NCBI GenBank assembly: GCA_965368975.1
Contig: CBDUPA010000005.1
Coordinates: 96,001 to 160,000, forward strand
Length of the DNA stretch: 64,000 nucleotides
Direction of reading: 5' to 3'
DNA from: an uncultured bacterium
GTDB taxonomy: Bacteria; Acidobacteriota; Thermoanaerobaculia; Multivoradales; JAHZIX01
Below are positions 1 to 7,963 of the stretch, one piece after another. Made by a program: the position numbers and the translations under genes. The notes under the pieces were generated by a model that saw only the letters and a program-made list of their open reading frames with translations, ran no database searches and was not told where the DNA came from. Positions within the stretch are counted from its first letter, which is position 1. Every line of letters begins with the position of its first letter.

Positions 1-37
1 CATCGAGGTGCGCTACGGCCGCCTGATCAGGCGCTAG
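1..37 (+). CDS. 3' end of an upstream gene (partial, ...IEVRYGRLIRR*)
   Basis: Open frame from base 2 to TAG at 35-37 with GC3-rich codons; too short to identify. Confidence 0.35.
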   Translation, partial: IEVRYGRLIRR

Positions 38-57
38 TCTAGGGGCCCCAGGCATGA

Positions 58-95
58 TCTGATTCTGGGGAGGGGCGGCCCCGCGTGGCCGCCCT
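58..95 (+). repeat. REP-like palindromic element
   Basis: GGAG-GGGCGGCC-ccgcgt-GGCCGCCC hairpin (arms 73-80 and 87-94) between convergent gene ends; near-copy at 10709-10745. Confidence 0.6.
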
Positions 96-121
96 GCGGT
101 GTAGCCGCATCCAACGTTTGG

Positions 122-1327
122 TCAGGACTCCCGGATCGCCGCTCCGACCTGGTCGCGCATATCGCGCGGGCAATACACGCGGAATTGCTCGATGCGGCCC
201 AGGTGACGAATGAAGTGGCTGGCCTGGTGCATCGGTACCAGGCTGCCATCGCGCTTGCGCACCAGGACGCCACTCTCTTCTAGCTTGTGCGGGTTCTTCG
301 ACGAGTTCGACACTAGCACGTTGCCGGCGCCGAAGCGCTGCTGCAGCGGTGGGAGCAAGGCGGCGACGCGGTCGCGTTCCTGCGGGCTCAGGTGCTCTTC
401 TGTCTCGAAGGCGAGCGTGAAACGCTCACGGTGCGTCAGGGCGCGCGCGTGCAGACTCTCCGAGCGCCGCAATTCGGCGGTGACGGTGACGTCGTCTTCC
501 TCCAGGAAGCGTTCGGGATCCGCGGGCCAGCGGCGGCCGGACTCGCGCAGCCACTCGTTGAGGTGCAACTCCAGAACCTTACCTGTGACGTTGAAGTAGA
601 CCTGTGTGAACATGTAGTACCGGGCCATCACCAAGGCTTCGAGGGCGTGCACGCCTCCGACCTCGATGCCGATGTTCCAGCTGCCTTCCTGCGACGCATC
701 GCCCTCCGTTGCGGGGGTTTCCAGCGGCAGCATGGTGTCGAGCAAGCGGTCGAGGTCGAAGTTGCCGTAGCGAACGCCGCAGAACAGCGAGTCCCGCATC
801 AGGTAGTCCATCTTGTCGACGTCCAGCTCGCCCGAGATGACCTGCGCCAAGAGCCGTCGCGGTCCCTCGACCTGGCCGGCAAGCAAGTCGACGACCTCCT
901 GTGCTTCGATACCGTCACCGTAGGTCTCGAAAGCCTCCTGGACCTGCGGCAGCAGCAGCAGCCTGCGGCTCATCTCCTCGTGGTCGATGCCACGCTCGAA
1001 CAGATCTTCGGCAGTGTGGCTGAATGGTGCGTGGCCGATGTCATGCAGCAGCGCGGCGGCACGCACGAGACGCCGCTGGCGGACATCCGGGCCGACCGGC
1101 AGTAGGCCGCCGCTCTGCGCCGCGAGTCGATCATAGACGCGTCCAGCCAAATGCATGGCGCCGAGTACGTGGCTGAAGCGGCTGTGCTCGGCGCCGGGGA
1201 AGATCAGGTAGGTGACGCCCAGCTGGCGCACGAAGCGCAGGCGCTGCATCGGGCGCGTGGTGATCAAGGCTTCTTCCAGCCGATCAGCGTGGATGAAGCC
1301 GTGGATGGGGTCACGAAAGGCGAGCAC
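122..1327 (-). CDS. HD-domain phosphohydrolase (SAMHD1/dNTPase-like)
   Basis: RDPIHG, EHSRFSH, LLHDIGHAPFSH and DVDKMDYL motifs; start trimmed to GTG 1327 to avoid overlap with the upstream gene. Confidence 0.88.
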   Translation of the reverse strand: MLAFRDPIHGFIHADRLEEALITTRPMQRLRFVRQLGVTYLIFPGAEHSRFSHVLGAMHLAGRVYDRLAAQSGGLLPVGPDVRQRRLVRAAALLHDIGHAPFSHTAEDLFERGIDHEEMSRRLLLLPQVQEAFETYGDGIEAQEVVDLLAGQVEGPRRLLAQVISGELDVDKMDYLMRDSLFCGVRYGNFDLDRLLDTMLPLETPATEGDASQEGSWNIGIEVGGVHALEALVMARYYMFTQVYFNVTGKVLELHLNEWLRESGRRWPADPERFLEEDDVTVTAELRRSESLHARALTHRERFTLAFETEEHLSPQERDRVAALLPPLQQRFGAGNVLVSNSSKNPHKLEESGVLVRKRDGSLVPMHQASHFIRHLGRIEQFRVYCPRDMRDQVGAAIRES

Positions 1328-1359
1328 GGTGTTTCGAGCAGCGGCCGAGAAGGCCGCCG

Positions 1360-2058
1360 TCAGACGTCGCCGACTCGGCGCACCGAACGCAGCAGTTCCA
1401 TGAAGGCTGTGCGCTGCGCGGTCAGGGTCGTGTCTGGACCGGTGGCCTTGAAGAACCATGGGCCGCCCGGGCCTTCAACGACCGCGCCGAGTAGGCGTGA
1501 GTTGGGCTGGTCGGTGGTGGGGCCAGTGCCCATCGTGCTGGCCCTCAGCGTGCCGGCGACCTCGATCCAAGAGACGTTCAGATCTTGGCTGTCGAATTGT
1601 CCTCTCTCGGGCTCCGTGCCGGCGGCCACTTCCATCTGGCTGACCCAGCGTTGCAGGTTCGCCTCGACGCCGCCGCCGCCGCCTGGGCCGAAGTAGAAGA
1701 CGGTCAGCTCGGCGGCACCGGCCTCACCCGGGATGGTGGCCTGAGCCAGGCGCATGCGTGAACTCGGCTGCTGTTCCTGCCAGCTCTCCGGCAGCGTCCA
1801 GCTGATGCCGGCACCGGCAGCTGAGGGCGCTGGGGTACCCGGAGCCGCGTTGACCGGTGTGCCCTGTGACGTACGCGGCACCAGCGCCGAGCCGGGAGCG
1901 GAGCTGTCAGAGCCCTGGGCGGTGGTGTCCTCAGTAGCGCCGTCTCCGGAAGCCGCGAGGGGCGAAGGATCGTCGTCATGCACCTGCGCGTCTCGCGCGT
2001 TGCCGCAGGCGGCGAGCAGGAGCAATAGCAGGGCAGCCAGGGTAGCGGAAAGTCTCAT
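1360..2058 (-). CDS. Conserved lipoprotein of unknown function
   Basis: MRLSATLAALLLLLLAAC signal II/lipobox, GGAG RBS, low-complexity linker, then globular domain (GGGGGVEANLQRW...PWFFKATGP). Confidence 0.75.
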   Translation of the reverse strand: MRLSATLAALLLLLLAACGNARDAQVHDDDPSPLAASGDGATEDTTAQGSDSSAPGSALVPRTSQGTPVNAAPGTPAPSAAGAGISWTLPESWQEQQPSSRMRLAQATIPGEAGAAELTVFYFGPGGGGGVEANLQRWVSQMEVAAGTEPERGQFDSQDLNVSWIEVAGTLRASTMGTGPTTDQPNSRLLGAVVEGPGGPWFFKATGPDTTLTAQRTAFMELLRSVRRVGDV

Positions 2059-2344
2059 CGGAGGAACTCCTTTTGTCGAAGATCTTGCGAGCGCTACTTG
2101 CGAACTCGGGGGGCGCCGACGTAGCTGATCGTGGGGTGGTTGGCAGCGAGCCCGACCGGGCTCGTCCCAGCGTGGTGGCACGACTATAGAGCATCCCACG
2201 AGAGGACTCTACCTCCCAGCGTGCGGGTCTCGACCGGTGAGTTCGGCGTTGCCGTCGGTAGTCTGGGTGGCTTCGAGGCCTTGGCCACACACCCGCAGGT
2301 GCGATACCGTACGACGCCGCGCCGGTCCTGGATCTCAGATCCAG

Positions 2345-2350
2345 TACAAT
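2345..2350 (+). promoter_or_regulatory. Putative -10 box for selC/hrcA
   Basis: TACAAT 6 nt before the tRNA 5' end; no clear -35 identified. Confidence 0.4.
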
Positions 2351-2356
2351 GCGCAT

Positions 2357-2456
2357 GGAAGCGCTCGGGGGCTGGTGCCTCCCGCGGTCTTCAAAACCGT
2401 TGTTCCGCGTCGGATGCGGCGTGGAGGGTGGGTTCGATTCCCATGCGCTTCCGCCA
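2357..2456 (+). tRNA. selC: tRNA-Sec (anticodon UCA)
   Basis: 8-bp acceptor stem GGAAGCGC/GCGCTTCC, 6-bp D stem with TGGT loop, anticodon loop CTTCAAA (TCA 2391-2393), long variable arm, 5-bp T stem with TTCGATT, G discriminator and encoded CCA; the 8/5 fold is typical of bacterial tRNA-Sec. Confidence 0.96.
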
Positions 2457-2512
2457 ATCGTTCCGGAGTTCCGTGCCGTTCTGGTGCTCACCGTCCAATC
2501 TCGGAGCAGCCC

Positions 2513-3631
2513 GTGTCCAGGAAACCGCCAAGACATCACGCCGCCGGTGCACCGTCCACGGATGGCGCTGCATCCTTGGGCGAGCGCGACGTGGCGATTC
2601 TCAAGGATGTCATTGTCACCCACATGCTGAGTGCCGAGCCGGTCAGCTCGCGCACGGTGTGCAAGTACGGACAGCTCGGCCTGTCGGCGGCGACCATCCG
2701 CAACGTCATGGCCGATCTTGAGGAACAGGGCTTCCTGGTACAGCCACACACCTCTGCTGGTCGCATTCCGACGCCACGGGCCTATCACTTGTTCATCGAT
2801 GAATTGATGAGCGCGAAGACTCTGAGCGACGACGAGCGTCAGTACATCCGCCAGAGCCTCGACGGCGCGCGCGACGATTCCGAAGGCTTGATGAGCGTGG
2901 CCTCGCATCTGCTGTCCGAGCTGTCGCAGCAAGTCGGCGTTGTGCTGACGCCCGCCCTCGCCGAGACGACGCTGCGGCGCGTCGAGTTCGTACCGCTGTC
3001 CGATGACCGCTCCGGCCACAAAGTGCTGTGCGTGGTGGTGTCCGAGAGCGGCTTCGTCGACACCAAGCTGGTCGAGACCCACGATCCGGTGGCGCGTGAA
3101 GACCTGATTCGCATCTCCAACTACCTGACCGAGAACTTCACCGGGATGACCCTGCGCGAGATCCGTCAGCGCCTCGTCGGCCTGATGGCGCAGGAGCGAG
3201 CCCACCTCGACCGCCTGATGGCGCTGACCATTGAGGTGGCCCGGAAAGGTCTCGACATGGGGCGGTTGCAGGACGTGCTGGTGGAGGGCACCAACGAAGT
3301 TCTCAACTTGCCCGAGCTGGCTGACCTGGAACGGGTGCGCAAAGTGCTCGAAGCCTTCTCCGACAAGGCCCGCCTCGTCTACTTGCTCACCGAATGCATG
3401 CGTGGCAAGGGCGTACGCGTGCTGATCGGTGAAGACAGCGATCTGACGTCGGAGCTGGGCTTCAGCCTGGTCGCCAACACCTATAGCGTCGATGACCTCC
3501 CCCTGGGGACCCTGGGCGTGTTCGGTCCGTCGCGCATGGAGTATCCACGGCTGATTCCACTGGTAGACTACCTGGGACGAACTCTCAGCCGTGCCTTGTC
3601 CGAGTGCCTGTCGGAGCGCCGCTCCGCCTAG
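2513..3631 (+). CDS. hrcA: Heat-inducible transcription repressor HrcA
   Basis: EPVSS..SAATIRNVMADLEEQGFLVQPHTSAGRIPT and GTLGVFGPSRMEY motifs; GTG 2513 with GGAG RBS; upstream of grpE-dnaK-dnaJ. Confidence 0.95.
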   Translation: MSRKPPRHHAAGAPSTDGAASLGERDVAILKDVIVTHMLSAEPVSSRTVCKYGQLGLSAATIRNVMADLEEQGFLVQPHTSAGRIPTPRAYHLFIDELMSAKTLSDDERQYIRQSLDGARDDSEGLMSVASHLLSELSQQVGVVLTPALAETTLRRVEFVPLSDDRSGHKVLCVVVSESGFVDTKLVETHDPVAREDLIRISNYLTENFTGMTLREIRQRLVGLMAQERAHLDRLMALTIEVARKGLDMGRLQDVLVEGTNEVLNLPELADLERVRKVLEAFSDKARLVYLLTECMRGKGVRVLIGEDSDLTSELGFSLVANTYSVDDLPLGTLGVFGPSRMEYPRLIPLVDYLGRTLSRALSECLSERRSA

Positions 3632-3679
3632 CCGAAACTCAACCTGATAGACGACTCATTGGAAACGAACTCTGAACCC

Positions 3680-4429
3680 ATGGCAAGAAAGAAAAAGAAT
3701 CAAGCGGTAGAGGCAGAGCTGCAAGAAGGAGCTCAGCCGGAAGACGACCGTGTAGAGATCGAGGTTCTCGACGAGGATGAGGCTGCGGTGCTCGCGGAGG
3801 ACTTCGAAGAAGAGGTCGACGATAGCAGCGAGGAAGAAGCCGAAGAAGCAGACGTGGACGACGACGTCTACGATCTGGACGAAGATCCCGATGAAGAGGA
3901 GGATCCCGAGAACGGCATTGCGGCCGATGCCGAGAAGGTACACCGCGATCTGGCGCAGATGCGTGACAATTACATGCGCACGCTGGCCGACTTCGACAAC
4001 TTCCGCAAGCGCTCCGAGCGCGAGATGCGCGAGCACAAGCGCTACGCGCTGACCGAGCCGATGCGCGAGATCTTGCAGGTCGTGGACAATCTGGAACGTG
4101 CCCTGGACGCCGCCAAAGTGGGCACCAATGCCGACGACCTGAAGGTGGGTGTCGAGATGACCCTGCGCCAGATGCAGGAAGTGCTGCGCCGCTTCGGTGT
4201 CGTACCGGTGCACGCCATCGGCGAACGTTTCGACCCGACGGTGCACGAAGCGATCTCGCGGGAAGAAGATGCACAGGTCCAGCATCCGACGGTGCGTCAC
4301 GAGATGCAGCGCGGCTACAAGCTGCACGAGCGACTGCTGCGGCCGTCGCTGGTCGCGGTCGCGGTGCCGGGTGCCGCTCCGGCGAAGGATGGCGACGGCG
4401 CTGCAGAAGACGATGGTACCGACGCCTGA
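3680..4429 (+). CDS. grpE: Nucleotide exchange factor GrpE with long acidic N-terminus
   Basis: ADFDNFRKR, VDNLERAL, FDPTVHEA and GYKLHERLLRPSLVAV motifs; operon position. Confidence 0.95.
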   Translation: MARKKKNQAVEAELQEGAQPEDDRVEIEVLDEDEAAVLAEDFEEEVDDSSEEEAEEADVDDDVYDLDEDPDEEEDPENGIAADAEKVHRDLAQMRDNYMRTLADFDNFRKRSEREMREHKRYALTEPMREILQVVDNLERALDAAKVGTNADDLKVGVEMTLRQMQEVLRRFGVVPVHAIGERFDPTVHEAISREEDAQVQHPTVRHEMQRGYKLHERLLRPSLVAVAVPGAAPAKDGDGAAEDDGTDA

Positions 4430-4478
4430 GGACTGACGCTGGGTAAATCGACTCTGGGCAACTAGACGGGAAACGACG

Positions 4479-6296
4479 TTGAGCAAGATTTTAGGCATCG
4501 ATCTGGGGACGACCAACAGCTGCGTGGCGGTGTTTGAAGGCACTGATCCCGAGGTGTTGGCGAACTCGGAAGGGAGTCGCACGACGCCCTCGATCGTTGC
4601 CTTCACCGACGACGACGAACGTCTCGTCGGGCAGATCGCCAAGCGGCAGGCGATCACCAACCCGGAGGCCACAATCTTCGCCGTCAAGCGCCTGATCGGG
4701 CGCAAGTTCGACAGCGAGGAAACCAAGCGGGCCAAGAAGGTTCTGCCGTATGGCCTGGCCAAGTCCGGCAACGGCGACATCAACGTCACGATCCACGACA
4801 AGGAGCACAGTCCACAGGAGATCTCCGCCTTCATCTTGCAGGAGCTGCGCAGCTACGCCCAGGAGAGCCTGGGCGAAGACGTCGACCAGGCGGTGATCAC
4901 AGTCCCGGCTTACTTCGACGACTCGCAGCGCCAGGCGACCAAAGACGCTGGTGAGATCGCCGGTCTCGACGTTCTGCGGATCGTCAACGAGCCGACCGCC
5001 GCGGCGCTGGCCTACGGCCTCAACAAGAAGGACGAGGCGAACGTCAAGGTCGTCGTCTACGATCTCGGCGGCGGTACCTTCGACGTCACGGTACTGGAGC
5101 TGCAGAAGGGGGTTTTCGAGGTCAAGTCGACTTCCGGTGACACCTTCCTCGGTGGTGAAGATTTCGATCAGGCGATCATGGAGTGGTTGATCCGCGAGTT
5201 CCAGGACGAGACGCAGATCGACCTGCACGAGGATCGCATGGCGCTGCAGCGCCTGAAAGAGGCCGCGGAAAGGGCCAAGTGCGATCTGTCCACCGAGACC
5301 GAGGTCGATATCAACCTACCGTTCATTGCCGCGGATGCCCAGGGGCCGCGCCATTTGGCGCGCAAGCTCGATCGCGACACCTTCGAGAAACTGGTCAAGG
5401 AACTGGTGGATCGCACCGAGGGACCGTGCAGTGATGCCCTGGAAGAAGCTGGTTTCAGTGCCGACGACATTGACGAGGTCCTGCTGGTTGGCGGCCAGAC
5501 GCGCTCACCGATCATTCAGCGCAAGGTCGAGGAGATCTTCGGCCGCGCTCCCAACCGCGAGATCAATCCAGACGAAGTGGTGGCCATGGGTGCCGCCGTG
5601 CAAGCCGGTATTCTGGATGGTCAGATCGAAGACATGGTGCTGCTCGATGTCACGCCACTGTCGCTCGGCATCGAGACCCGCGGCGGCATGTTCGTCAAGC
5701 TGATCGAGCGCAACTCGACGATTCCCACCAAGAACGGCCTCACCTTCACCACCGTGGTCGACAACCAGGACACGGTGGAGATCCACGTCATGCAGGGCGA
5801 GCGCGAGGTGGCGATAGAAAACAAGAGCCTCGGCCGCTTCAAGCTGGTGGGCCTGCCGCCGTCGCCGCGCGGTGTGCCGCAGGTCGAGGTCAACTTCGCG
5901 ATCGACTCCAACGGCATCGTCAACGTCGCCGCGCGCGACATGGCAACCAACAATTCACAGAGCATCGAGATCAATCCTTCCAGTGGTCTCTCCGGGGAAG
6001 AGATCGAGCGCCTGGTCCAGGAAGCCGAGCAGGCCGAAGCCGAGGACGCCAAGCGGCGCGAGCTGAGCCAGCTCAAGAACCGCTTGGAAGGTCTGGTCTA
6101 CGCCAACGACAAGGTCTTCGACCAGGTGCGCGGCAACCTCAAAGAAAAAGAGCAGAAGGAATTGAACGAAGAACTCTTGAAGGCCCGCATGGCGATCCAG
6201 GAAGAAGAAGACCCGTCCGAGGTCGAAGCCTTGATCTACGACATGACCGGCGTGTCGCAGAAGCTCGCCGAACTCATGCTCGGCAACAAGCACTGA
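4479..6296 (+). CDS. dnaK: Molecular chaperone DnaK (Hsp70)
   Basis: [25 protein letters not shown] and [13 protein letters not shown] motifs. Confidence 0.95.
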   Translation: MSKILGIDLGTTNSCVAVFEGTDPEVLANSEGSRTTPSIVAFTDDDERLVGQIAKRQAITNPEATIFAVKRLIGRKFDSEETKRAKKVLPYGLAKSGNGDINVTIHDKEHSPQEISAFILQELRSYAQESLGEDVDQAVITVPAYFDDSQRQATKDAGEIAGLDVLRIVNEPTAAALAYGLNKKDEANVKVVVYDLGGGTFDVTVLELQKGVFEVKSTSGDTFLGGEDFDQAIMEWLIREFQDETQIDLHEDRMALQRLKEAAERAKCDLSTETEVDINLPFIAADAQGPRHLARKLDRDTFEKLVKELVDRTEGPCSDALEEAGFSADDIDEVLLVGGQTRSPIIQRKVEEIFGRAPNREINPDEVVAMGAAVQAGILDGQIEDMVLLDVTPLSLGIETRGGMFVKLIERNSTIPTKNGLTFTTVVDNQDTVEIHVMQGEREVAIENKSLGRFKLVGLPPSPRGVPQVEVNFAIDSNGIVNVAARDMATNNSQSIEINPSSGLSGEEIERLVQEAEQAEAEDAKRRELSQLKNRLEGLVYANDKVFDQVRGNLKEKEQKELNEELLKARMAIQEEEDPSEVEALIYDMTGVSQKLAELMLGNKH

Positions 6297-6398
6297 TCCT
6301 CGCCGCCAGCCACGGTGCGGACGAGTTTGTCTCGCCCCCCGGTCTCCTGACTTTCCTACCTCAACCTCCAGCCGCAGAACGGAGTGGTTTCCAACAAG

Positions 6399-7508
6399 AT
6401 GGCAAAGCGTGACTACTACGAAGTCCTGGGCGTCGCCCGGGACGCCGATAGCAATAGCATCAAGAAGGCGTACCGCAAACTGGCGATGAAACATCACCCG
6501 GACAAGAATCCGGGAGACCAGGAAGCCGAGGCACTGTTCAAGGAGGCCGCCGAGGCCTACGCGGTACTGTCTGACACCGAGAAGCGCGGTCGCTACGATC
6601 GCTTTGGGCACCAGGGCGTCGAGGGCGGCGCCAGTGGTTTCGATCCCAGTATCTTCGCCGACTTTTCAGACATCCTCGGCGACATCTTCGGTTTCGGCGA
6701 CGTCTTCGGCCGCCGTGGCCGCGGTGGCGTGGCGCGGGGCGCCGACCTGCGCTACGATTTGTCGCTGAGCTTCGAAGACGCCGCCTTTGGCACCAACACC
6801 ACCCTGCGCATTCCGCGCCTCGAGCGTTGTGAAACCTGCGATGGCAGCGGGGCCAAGCCAGGCACCCACCCGATCCCGTGCTCGGCTTGTGGTGGTGCTG
6901 GTCAAGTACGTTTCAGTCAAGGCTTCTTCAGCGTCACCCGCGCCTGCCCGCAGTGTGGCGGCCGCGGTCAAGTGATCGAAGACGTGTGCAGGACCTGTCA
7001 CGGTGACGGCTTGAAGGAGCGCCAGCGTGAACTGGAAGTGCGCATTCCCGCCGGTGTCGATACCGGTGCCCGCCTGCGTCTCAGCGGTGAAGGTGAGCAT
7101 GCCGCACAAGGTGGCGTGCCGGGGGACCTCTACGTGGTCATCCAGGTCGAACCGCACAAGACCTTCCAGCGCCAGAACTCCGACGTCATCGCCGAGGTCG
7201 GTATCAGCTATGCGCAGGCAGTGCTTGGCACCAGCCTCGAGATCGACACCCTGCACGGCAAAGAAAAGCTCGACATTCCGCCCGGCACGCCCTACGGCAA
7301 GATCTTCAAGCTCCGCGGCAAGGGCATTCCGCGTCTCAACGGCAGTGGCAAGGGCGATCACGTGGTGCAGATCTGGATCGACGTTCCATCGCCCAAGCAC
7401 CTGGACAAGGACAGTCTCGAACTACTGCACCAGCTGGCCGAAGTTGAAGGTTCCGAGGTCAAGCACGGACGCGGGATCGTCGATCGAGTGAAGGATCTGC
7501 TGCACTAG
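6399..7508 (+). CDS. dnaJ: Chaperone DnaJ
   Basis: J domain with HPD; four CxxCxGxG zinc-finger repeats; start could be 6384. Confidence 0.96.
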   Translation: MAKRDYYEVLGVARDADSNSIKKAYRKLAMKHHPDKNPGDQEAEALFKEAAEAYAVLSDTEKRGRYDRFGHQGVEGGASGFDPSIFADFSDILGDIFGFGDVFGRRGRGGVARGADLRYDLSLSFEDAAFGTNTTLRIPRLERCETCDGSGAKPGTHPIPCSACGGAGQVRFSQGFFSVTRACPQCGGRGQVIEDVCRTCHGDGLKERQRELEVRIPAGVDTGARLRLSGEGEHAAQGGVPGDLYVVIQVEPHKTFQRQNSDVIAEVGISYAQAVLGTSLEIDTLHGKEKLDIPPGTPYGKIFKLRGKGIPRLNGSGKGDHVVQIWIDVPSPKHLDKDSLELLHQLAEVEGSEVKHGRGIVDRVKDLLH

Positions 7509-7513
7509 CCTTG

Positions 7514-7963
7514 ATGAATTCCTATGACAAAGCGTCGGACTTGCTCGCGCGTCGCTCGCACTTTCGGGCCGAGCTGGCCAACAAGCTGCGCCAGCGGGGT
7601 TACGGTGAAGACGAGATCGAGTCGGCGCTCGATCGCCTGACCGAGCACGGTTATCTCGACGACGAACGTACCGCTCGCGAGTTCGCGCGCAGCAGGCTGG
7701 CTCGCGGTCCGATCGGTCGTCGGCGGTTGCGTGCCGAGTTGCAGCGCCGTGGCGTGCCGGATGCGGCGGTCGAGGCCGGACTGGAAGAACTGCCCGACGA
7801 CGAGGCGGCGGCCGTGCGAGAAGCCGCAGAGCGTTATTTGACCCGCAGCGGCAAGCGCAATCGCGCCGCGCTGGGGCGTCATCTGGAGCGCAAGGGCTTT
7901 GCACGCCATGCTATCTTTGCCATCCTGGACCAGTTTGCCGACGAAATCGAGAGCCCATCATGA
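7514..7963 (+). CDS. recX: Regulatory protein RecX
   Basis: LLARRSHFRAELANKLRQRGY..GYLDDERTA..HLERKGF pattern; directly upstream of alaS. Confidence 0.85.
   Translation: MNSYDKASDLLARRSHFRAELANKLRQRGYGEDEIESALDRLTEHGYLDDERTAREFARSRLARGPIGRRRLRAELQRRGVPDAAVEAGLEELPDDEAAAVREAAERYLTRSGKRNRAALGRHLERKGFARHAIFAILDQFADEIESPS

Noticed and set aside
2430-2456. Genomic island integrated at selC
   Set aside because: No integrase follows, housekeeping genes are directly adjacent, and no duplicate of the tRNA 3' end was noticed in the window.
2481-2510. CIRCE operator before hrcA
   Set aside because: Only a weak TGCTC-N14-GAGCA inverted repeat; both sequence and spacing differ from CIRCE.
2237-2512. 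N-terminal extension of HrcA in the ORF track
   Set aside because: It runs through the tRNA-Sec gene; HrcA similarity and an RBS support GTG 2513.
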